Source of the DNA: Edaphobacter aggregans
GTDB taxonomy: Bacteria; Acidobacteriota; Terriglobia; Terriglobales; Acidobacteriaceae
Direction: 5' to 3'
Length of the DNA: 32,000 nt
NCBI RefSeq assembly: GCF_003945235.1
Contig: NZ_RSDW01000001.1
Coordinates: 2,310,001 to 2,342,000, forward strand
The notes beneath the pieces were generated by a model, which made no database searches, had not been told where the DNA came from, and was given only the letters and a program-made list of their open reading frames with translations. Of the stretch, positions 26,397-32,000 are shown piece after piece; the stretch's first letter is position 1, and the number at the start of each line of letters is the position of its first letter. A program made the translations under genes and the position numbers.

Positions 26397-28625
26397 CTAT
26401 TTACGAAAGTCTTCCGGATTCATCGCCAGTGACGCGGGCGGAAATCTCGCAACCGACGAGCCGAGCGACGTGTTCGGGGTGTCTCCCATGGTCAATTCCA
26501 GCGTGCCACCATTGGCAATATCGGCGTGGCGAAACCAGACTTGATCCATCGTCTGCCCGTTAAGACGGATGCTTTGGACATACTTGTTGTCATGGGAATT
26601 ATTGTTAGCGATGATCGAAAATTCGCGTCCGTTCTTCAGGTGGATCGTTACCTTATCGAAGACTGGGCTGCCCACGTCGTACGTTGGAATTCCCGGTGTG
26701 ACGGGATAGAAGCCCATCATCGAAAAGACCACGAATGCGCTCATACCACCGCCGTCTTCATCCCCCGGAATACCTTGCAGCGTATCCGTGAAGAACGATT
26801 CAAGAAGCATACGCACTCGCTTCTGAGTCTTCCACGGTGCCCCAAGCCGGTTGTACAGATACGGAATGGCAAGGCTCGGCTCGTTCCCCATCGAGAATTG
26901 GCCGGCCATGGAAGTGGAATCAGGAAGCTTCGCCTGAAATTCATACTTTGAACGACCCAGCGGCTCGCGAAAGAGCTGATCCAGATTGCCCTCGGCCTTT
27001 CCAGTCCCACCCATCAACGCGACCAAGCCGTTGAAATCGTGCGCTACATCCCATGTGTACGTATAACCGTTATTTTCGTCGTAGTAGTCACGCGCACCCA
27101 TTCCACCGTCGAACTTCGGATCCAGCGGTTCAATCCAGTGCCCGTCTGAATCTTTGGGCCACATAAGCCCCTTGTCTGCGCGGAACAGATTCTTGTAATT
27201 CGCTGCACGCTGAAGAAAGAGTTTTTCGTCCTCAGGCTTTTGCAGAACCCGGGCAAGCTGAGCGATGTTCCAATCGTCAAAGCTGTTTTCCAGCGTAACA
27301 GGCACCGGCTGACGCTTCTCGAAGGGGTGAACTCCCGGCACAGTTTCCTTTTCACCCGGACGCAACGCAGGCATGTAGCCATGTGCAGAGTAGAAATCAT
27401 CGAGCGGCCCCTTTGGAGCAAGGCTCCAGGGAAGCATCGTGACCTCCAGCGATCGTTTGCGGACACCTTCGTAAGCAGTCGGCAAATCAAAATTGCGCAC
27501 CCCTTTGAACCATGCGTCGGCAAACCACGGCGCAGCGTGATTGCCATTCATGCATGCGTAATTCCCGGTCAGAGTCGCAAACGTAGGCATCAAGCCCGAC
27601 TGCTGATACATGCGAACATACGATTGAATCTTGTCCGCTTCCATCTCAGGGTTGAGCAGTGTTTGCAGCGGCTCCAAGGCTCGGAACGTATCCCATAGCC
27701 AGTTGTCCACATAGAACGGACGCGCATCCTCATGCACCTGATGATCGAACGCGCTGTAGTAGCGACCATCCTCGGTAATGTTGATCATCCGCTCAAAACA
27801 CCGATAGAGAGCAGTGTAGAAGATCCTGCGTTGCGTCTCGGTGCCACCCTCCACTGCGATCTGGCCAAGAGCTTCGTTCCAACGTGCCTTCCCCGCATCC
27901 TTGACTCGTGCAAGACCCCACGCAGGAATTTCGCGCCGCAGGTTTTTCTTTGCCTGCTCAACACTGATGAAAGAAATGCCGTAGCGAAAGTCGAGGGATC
28001 TGGTATCACTGCCTGAGACTGTCAGCCGTTTTCCGGTTTTGATGTCTTCCATCTTGACGGTGACTGGTGCATTGAACTCCCCATACACAAACGCCTTCAT
28101 TCCGCCAAAACGTTCTTCGCCAGTGACTACATTGCCGTCTTGCATTTCCAAGCCACCGGACAACCGATTGGCAAGCACAACCGAAGCTTTGCCATTCGGA
28201 AAGCTAAAACGAAAGTAGCCGCACCTTTCGGTTGCCGAAAACTCCACCCCAATCAGCGACTCGTCGAAGCGCGTGGAGTAGTAGTACGGCGTAGTTTTTT
28301 CATGGTCATAGGCTGATGGGCCGCCATCGCCCGGCATGATACTGAACAGCTCGTTCATCCGGTGGGAGCTGATCGTCAATGGAAATGACTTGATCTGATC
28401 ATCGAAAGCATCTTTGCGTATCGGATACACACGTACCATGCTGTTGGGCAAGAACACGGCCGGACGAGTTGGCTCGAGAAGAATGCCGACGTTGCCAATG
28501 GTGGGATCGACATTGTCCACCTGCGCTGCGGCATGCGCCGTGAACATCATGAGGGCCAGTACCAATCCAGCGGCCACGTTATTTGCAAGGCAAATCTTTT
28601 TTGCAACAAGTTCTGCAACTTTCAC
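26397..28625 (-). CDS. glycoside hydrolase family 92-like protein (putative alpha-mannosidase)
   Basis: C-terminal region GNEPSLAIPYLYNRLGAPWKTQKRVR...IPGDEDGGGMSAFVVFSMMGFYPVTPG...YDVGSPVFDKVTIHL...NKYVQSIRLNGQ parallels GH92 conserved blocks (GNEP..YLY, G[ND]DD.G.MSAW, GFYPV.PG, N.YIQS..LNG). Preferred start is GTG at 28623-28625 (GGAG 5 nt upstream; signal peptide follows). The ORF is open to 28688. Confidence 0.75.
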   Translation of the reverse strand: MKVAELVAKKICLANNVAAGLVLALMMFTAHAAAQVDNVDPTIGNVGILLEPTRPAVFLPNSMVRVYPIRKDAFDDQIKSFPLTISSHRMNELFSIMPGDGGPSAYDHEKTTPYYYSTRFDESLIGVEFSATERCGYFRFSFPNGKASVVLANRLSGGLEMQDGNVVTGEERFGGMKAFVYGEFNAPVTVKMEDIKTGKRLTVSGSDTRSLDFRYGISFISVEQAKKNLRREIPAWGLARVKDAGKARWNEALGQIAVEGGTETQRRIFYTALYRCFERMINITEDGRYYSAFDHQVHEDARPFYVDNWLWDTFRALEPLQTLLNPEMEADKIQSYVRMYQQSGLMPTFATLTGNYACMNGNHAAPWFADAWFKGVRNFDLPTAYEGVRKRSLEVTMLPWSLAPKGPLDDFYSAHGYMPALRPGEKETVPGVHPFEKRQPVPVTLENSFDDWNIAQLARVLQKPEDEKLFLQRAANYKNLFRADKGLMWPKDSDGHWIEPLDPKFDGGMGARDYYDENNGYTYTWDVAHDFNGLVALMGGTGKAEGNLDQLFREPLGRSKYEFQAKLPDSTSMAGQFSMGNEPSLAIPYLYNRLGAPWKTQKRVRMLLESFFTDTLQGIPGDEDGGGMSAFVVFSMMGFYPVTPGIPTYDVGSPVFDKVTIHLKNGREFSIIANNNSHDNKYVQSIRLNGQTMDQVWFRHADIANGGTLELTMGDTPNTSLGSSVARFPPASLAMNPEDFRK

Positions 28626-28803
28626 TCGAGCTCCATTCCATTCGCCGAGCGGTACATGGCCAGTGAATAGCCAAAGCCCCGGAGGCACGGATTCGTTATC
28701 TCAAATATCAACCTTCATCCGGACTCTCTCGACTGTCCACACTAGTCTAGTTCCGAATTGTCGTGAGTGAGGCAACCATCCTGCTCCCGTACACTCAAGG
28801 TGC

Positions 28804-29409
28804 ATGCTCCGCTGCGCCATCACCAACCGCACCCTCTTCCCCGGCGACGAGTCCCGCCAGCAAGCCGCCCTCATCCGTCAGGCCGCCCTCTGGGCCGAAC
28901 AAGGCATCGACCTCATCCAGCTCCGCGAAAAAGACCTACCCGCCGCCACCCTCGCCACCCTTGCGCGCCAGATCCTCAAAGCCATCGAAGGCACCCCCAC
29001 AAAGCTCCTCATCAACTCCCGCCCCGACGTAGCCATCGCGGTCGCCGCCCACGGAGTCCACCTCACCTCCGCCCCCGGCGAACTGACCCCCTCCGAGGTC
29101 CGAAAACTGTGCAGTCCGCTAACTACCTTTCCCACACTTATTACCATCTCCTGCCACACAATCTCCAGCATTGTGGCAGCGAAAACGCACCAGCCAGACG
29201 CAATTCTCTTCTCCCCCATCTTCGAAAAAAACATCGACAACCAGACCATCCTCCCCGGCCAAGGCCTCACACACCTTCACGAAGCCTGCCTCGCAGCCGC
29301 CCCCATCCCCATCTATGCACTAGGCGGCATAACCCATGCAAATTCAGCACAATGCCTCCAGGCCGGAGCCGCCGGAATAGCCGCAATCCGCCTCTTCCAC
29401 CAAACCTAA
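28804..29409 (+). CDS. thiamine-phosphate synthase (ThiE)-family protein
   Basis: LRCAITNR..., IDLIQLREKDL, LLINSRPDVAIAVAAHGVHL, ISCHT, DAILFSPIF and IYALGGI follow the ThiE TIM-barrel pattern. No TPP riboswitch seen upstream. Confidence 0.65.
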   Translation: MLRCAITNRTLFPGDESRQQAALIRQAALWAEQGIDLIQLREKDLPAATLATLARQILKAIEGTPTKLLINSRPDVAIAVAAHGVHLTSAPGELTPSEVRKLCSPLTTFPTLITISCHTISSIVAAKTHQPDAILFSPIFEKNIDNQTILPGQGLTHLHEACLAAAPIPIYALGGITHANSAQCLQAGAAGIAAIRLFHQT

Positions 29410-29415
29410 GTGAAT

Positions 29416-29440
29416 AAAAAGGGCGGCGTAATAGCCGCCC
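29416..29440 (-). terminator. Rho-independent terminator of the DinB-family gene
   Basis: On the - strand: GGGCGGC-tattac-GCCGCCC followed by TTTTT, 10 nt after the stop at 29451. It sits between convergent genes, and no U-tract follows it on the + strand. Confidence 0.8.
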
Positions 29441-29450
29441 ATCTCATCCA

Positions 29451-30017
29451 TTAAAACGAAAACTTCTCATCCGCCGAAGGCCCATACAAAGCCGGCACCG
29501 CCGCCTCATTCAGCCGCAAATAAACTGTCAACTGCCCACGATGATGCGCCCAATGGCTAAGCACACCATGCTGAATATTGATATATCGCGGCTCCTCGGC
29601 AATCAAATGCCCAGCCGCCTTCAGCTTCCACAGCGTCATTAAATGCTCGTCCGTCGTTCCCTCAAGCGCCACCCGCGCCTTCGCCATGCTCTCATCGAAA
29701 AGAGTCACCAACTCCGAACTCTTCTTCCACTCAATAGGCTTGTTCTTGTTCTCCCCAACCGGCGCAAAATCCAGCTCATTCTGATTGACCATCAAATCAA
29801 TCCACTTCGGCATCGTCGCCACGAGCGACGCCAGGTAGCCCATCTTCATTGATTTCTCATGCGGAGCCCAGTCGTTCTGCCCCTCCGGAACCCGCTCCAG
29901 CGCCTTCCTCGTTCCCGCCTCATCGCGCTTCAGCGTCTCAAGAAAAAGATCCTTCATCGCAACACTCATCTCGAAAATCCTCCAGTCGGCAGCTCTAACC
30001 GCCTCCACAAAATCCAT
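29451..30017 (-). CDS. DinB-family (DinB_2 four-helix bundle) protein
   Basis: 188 aa with a C-terminal HWAHHRGQLTVYLRL motif typical of DinB/YfiT-like metal-binding bundles. Confidence 0.7.
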   Translation of the reverse strand: MDFVEAVRAADWRIFEMSVAMKDLFLETLKRDEAGTRKALERVPEGQNDWAPHEKSMKMGYLASLVATMPKWIDLMVNQNELDFAPVGENKNKPIEWKKSSELVTLFDESMAKARVALEGTTDEHLMTLWKLKAAGHLIAEEPRYINIQHGVLSHWAHHRGQLTVYLRLNEAAVPALYGPSADEKFSF

Positions 30018-30059
30018 CGTGTTGCCTCATTCTAACCAGCCGCGCCAGGCCGAAACCCC

Positions 30060-30569
30060 CTACTCCTTGTCATACACAGTTTTCGTATCGAACTCCCCCG
30101 CACTCATCGACACATGCGTCGCCTTCCGCAACACCTTTCTATCCCCCGAGAGCGAGTAGCTGGCCTTCAGCGTCCCCTCCTCCCCCTGAAAACTCACCTT
30201 CTCCGTAACCACCAGCACCGGCCCCTGCCACTCCCCCTTCACACTCAGCACCCGAAACGGCGCATCGTCGGCAAACGACCCCTTCGCCAGCGGCATCTCC
30301 GCTCCACCCACTTGAAACCGCAGCGTGTAATGCTGCTTCCCCTGCTCCCGCTCCAGCGTAATCTCAATCGCGAACTCATCGCCCGCCTGCTTCACCACCT
30401 CGCTCTGCCGAATCGGCGGAGGCGCCTCTCCAAAATCGCTCTGCGCTACATTCAGCTTCCACGTCCCATTCATGTCAGGCTTCGACGCGGCACGCACCCC
30501 ACCGCCCTGCGCAAACCCCGTCATCGCCACGCCAACCAGCAGCAAGGCAAGGCAGGAGATCTTTCTCAT
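30060..30569 (-). CDS. small secreted hypothetical protein (lipocalin-like GTWKLN opening)
   Basis: Signal peptide MRKISCLALLLVGVAMTGFAQ, then NGTWKLNVAQSDFG. I prefer ATG at 30569 (GGAGG 6 nt upstream) over the listed 30575, which abuts the GGAGG. Confidence 0.6.
   Translation of the reverse strand: MRKISCLALLLVGVAMTGFAQGGGVRAASKPDMNGTWKLNVAQSDFGEAPPPIRQSEVVKQAGDEFAIEITLEREQGKQHYTLRFQVGGAEMPLAKGSFADDAPFRVLSVKGEWQGPVLVVTEKVSFQGEEGTLKASYSLSGDRKVLRKATHVSMSAGEFDTKTVYDKE
30384..30460. repeat. 77-nt repeat copy A (inside the secreted-protein gene, codons K40-A64)
   Basis: 72/77 identical to 31736-31812 in the same orientation. Confidence 0.9.
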
Positions 30570-30616
30570 GGACATCCTCCGTAATTAGGTTATACTTGAC
30601 ACTGTCATGAATGACA
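30569..30616 (+). promoter_or_regulatory. putative PadR promoter and inverted-repeat operator
   Basis: TGGACA (30569-30574), a 16-nt spacer, then TATACT (30591-30596). Inverted repeat TGTCAT-GA-ATGACA at 30603-30616 spans the PadR ATG (30607). No SD is present, and only about 31-37 nt separate the divergent genes. Confidence 0.4.
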
Positions 30617-31107
30617 TAATAGTCTTAAGCCTGCTACTCGAGGGCCCCAAACACGGATACCGCCTCAAACAGGACGCCGCCATGTTCGCAGAGCAGCAGC
30701 AACTCCACAACAACACCATCTACCCCCTTCTTAAACGCTTCCTCAAAAGCGGCTGGATCACCCAGCAGGAAGCCAACGGTGAACGCGGCCAGACTCGCCT
30801 CCTCTACGCCCTCACCCCCACCGGCAAAAAAATCCTCGTCGACAAGGTCGCCGATTTCTCCGACGCCGACGTAATCAATCCGCATGCCTTTCGCCTCCGC
30901 GTCGGTCTCTTCGGCCTGCTCGACAGCCCAACCCGTGAGCGCATCCTCCGCCTCCGCGACGACCATCTCGCCGCCCGCCTCGACCGCATCCACCAGATCG
31001 CCAAGGCCCACATCATCGAAGGCTGGTCCGCCACTACGATGGACCACGTCCTCAAAGAAATTCAACTCGAACGTAAGTGGATCTCCCAACTCATGACCCA
31101 AATCTAA
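30607..31107 (+). CDS. PadR-family transcriptional regulator
   Basis: LSLLLEGPKHGYRLKQ...IYPLLKRFLKSGWITQ wHTH signature; 166 aa. Confidence 0.85.
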   Translation: MNDIIVLSLLLEGPKHGYRLKQDAAMFAEQQQLHNNTIYPLLKRFLKSGWITQQEANGERGQTRLLYALTPTGKKILVDKVADFSDADVINPHAFRLRVGLFGLLDSPTRERILRLRDDHLAARLDRIHQIAKAHIIEGWSATTMDHVLKEIQLERKWISQLMTQI

Positions 31108-31136
31108 ACCGCCTCCCAGACAAGGAGAAACCCAAC

Positions 31137-31706
31137 ATGCCATCCGTCACCCTGTGGAATGAAACCAACTCCCTCTGGCTCCTCTTCGCCGTCTACTTCG
31201 TCGCCAGCATGCGTCGCATCCAGGTAAAGCGTTCGGTCCCGCTGCCTTCGTTTGAGCGCGTCTGCCTCCTGCTGACCACGGCCCTCCTCTTCTTCCCTCG
31301 CACTCATATCTCTTTCCTGGCAAATCGCTTTCATTCCAGCCGGGCCATCGGCATCTTCGGCCTCGTTCTCACGATCCTTGGCCTTGCCTTCGCCGCCTGG
31401 GCCCGTGACGTCCTGGGCCGCAACTGGAGCGGTCGCGTCGTCATCCAGGTCGACCACCAACTCATCACCGTTGGCCCCTACGCCTACGTCCGGCACCCGC
31501 TCTACACCGGCCTCATCACCGCTCTCGCCGGCACGGCACTCATCTCCGGCGACGTCGGCTCCCTCCTTGGCTTTCTCATCGCCATCAACATCTTCCGCCT
31601 CAAGGCGCACCGCGAAGAACAGCTTCTCGAGACCGAGTTCGGCGCCACCTACTCAACCTATCGCGCCCACACCGGAGGCATCCTTCCCCGCATCGCCCAC
31701 GTCTAG
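31137..31706 (+). CDS. isoprenylcysteine carboxyl methyltransferase (ICMT/PEMT)-family membrane protein
   Basis: Several TM helices and the family motif LITVGPYAYVRHPLYTG...EEQLLETEFGATYSTYR. ATG 31137 has AAGGAGA upstream; the listed start 31077 overlaps PadR. Confidence 0.8.
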   Translation: MPSVTLWNETNSLWLLFAVYFVASMRRIQVKRSVPLPSFERVCLLLTTALLFFPRTHISFLANRFHSSRAIGIFGLVLTILGLAFAAWARDVLGRNWSGRVVIQVDHQLITVGPYAYVRHPLYTGLITALAGTALISGDVGSLLGFLIAINIFRLKAHREEQLLETEFGATYSTYRAHTGGILPRIAHV

Positions 31707-31735
31707 CAGCGCTCGCTCAAAGTCACGCCCCGCCT

Positions 31736-31812
31736 CGCCTGCTTCACCACCTCGCTCTGCCGAATCGGTGGCGGAGCCTCCCCAAAGTCGCTCTGCGCTA
31801 CATTCAGCTTCC
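31736..31812. repeat. 77-nt repeat copy B; likely relic of a paralogue of the 30060..30569 gene
   Basis: On the - strand it translates to KLNVAQSDFGEAPPPIRQSEVVKQA, identical to copy A. It has an in-frame TGA at 31841-31843, no start codon, and a stop at 31703-31705 overlapping the ICMT stop. Confidence 0.85.
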
Positions 31813-32000
31813 GGACTCTGCGGATTGTCTTAAGTGAGCTTCATGAAGCTATCAGACTTTATGGACCTTCGTTGCGGTAGGGTGGAAGACTTCCTAGTGA
31901 CGTAGGCGTGATGCTACATCCCTCAACACTTCTGGAGTGACCAAATCTCAGATAAGTGTTGTCTACGAACCAGTCTGCACACGCCGCAGCTCTTCTGACA

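Noticed and set aside
8501-28751. Recurrence of ACTAGT-containing palindromes (TGACTAGTCA at 8501-8510, AGTACTAGT near 19900, ACTAGTCTAGT at 28741-28751) as possible extra GntR sites.
   Set aside because: They share only a 6-mer with the 22-bp operator. About four to five ACTAGT hits are expected by chance in 32 kb at this composition.
28689-28803. Possible TPP riboswitch upstream of the ThiE-like gene.
   Set aside because: I could not find the conserved THI-box elements (CUGAGA and the pyrimidine-sensing helix) in the 115-nt spacer.
1-32000. tRNA, rRNA, CRISPR arrays, IS elements and integrases.
   Set aside because: No T-loop/acceptor-stem combinations and no regularly spaced short repeats were seen. 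No transposase or recombinase-like ORF is present on either strand. The few GTTCGA-like strings lie inside coding regions without flanking stems.
31859-32000. Edge-truncated - strand ORF (46 codons to TAA at 31859-31861).
   Set aside because: Too short and no recognisable motif. Its codon usage does not match the - strand pattern. It is mentioned under findings only as context and is not called as a feature.

Overview
GC-rich bacterial chromosomal segment; hand estimates on single 60-nt lines range from about 50 to 62% GC. It is probably from an Acidobacteriota (Terriglobia-like) genome. That is an inference from gene content: TIGR03436-style VWFA proteins, a PEP-CTERM protein, a fused membrane/spermidine-synthase-like protein and many signal-peptide proteins. 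I support about 32 protein-coding genes, split evenly between the strands. Recognisable housekeeping genes are rpmB, msrB, purA, mutM and sthA, plus RidA-family, ROK-family and ThiE-like genes. Accessory content comprises: a DevBCA/MacAB-like tripartite ABC exporter (21.2-24.5 kb); a YtrA-type GntR regulator translationally coupled to a stomatin/SPFH gene and followed by a small secreted-protein gene; a GH92 glycosidase; a PadR-ICMT pair; a DinB-family gene; and several secreted hypotheticals. I found no rRNA, tRNA, CRISPR array, transposase, integrase or known defence system, and I cannot point to a clear-cut novel system. Five things stand out. (1) Synonymous codon choice flips with gene orientation (C/A-ending on the + strand, G/T-ending on the - strand), and a few + strand genes do not conform. 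(2) Two genes, a LacI-family regulator and a roughly 740-aa VWFA-like secreted protein, each appear broken by two frameshifts, three of them in short homopolymer runs. (3) A 31/36-nt direct repeat brackets the broken VWFA-like gene. (4) A 77-nt near-identical island is duplicated 1.35 kb apart, and all five differences are synonymous. (5) A perfect 22-bp palindrome sits inside the promoter of the GntR-SPFH unit. All coordinates, counts and translations were derived by hand and should be recomputed.
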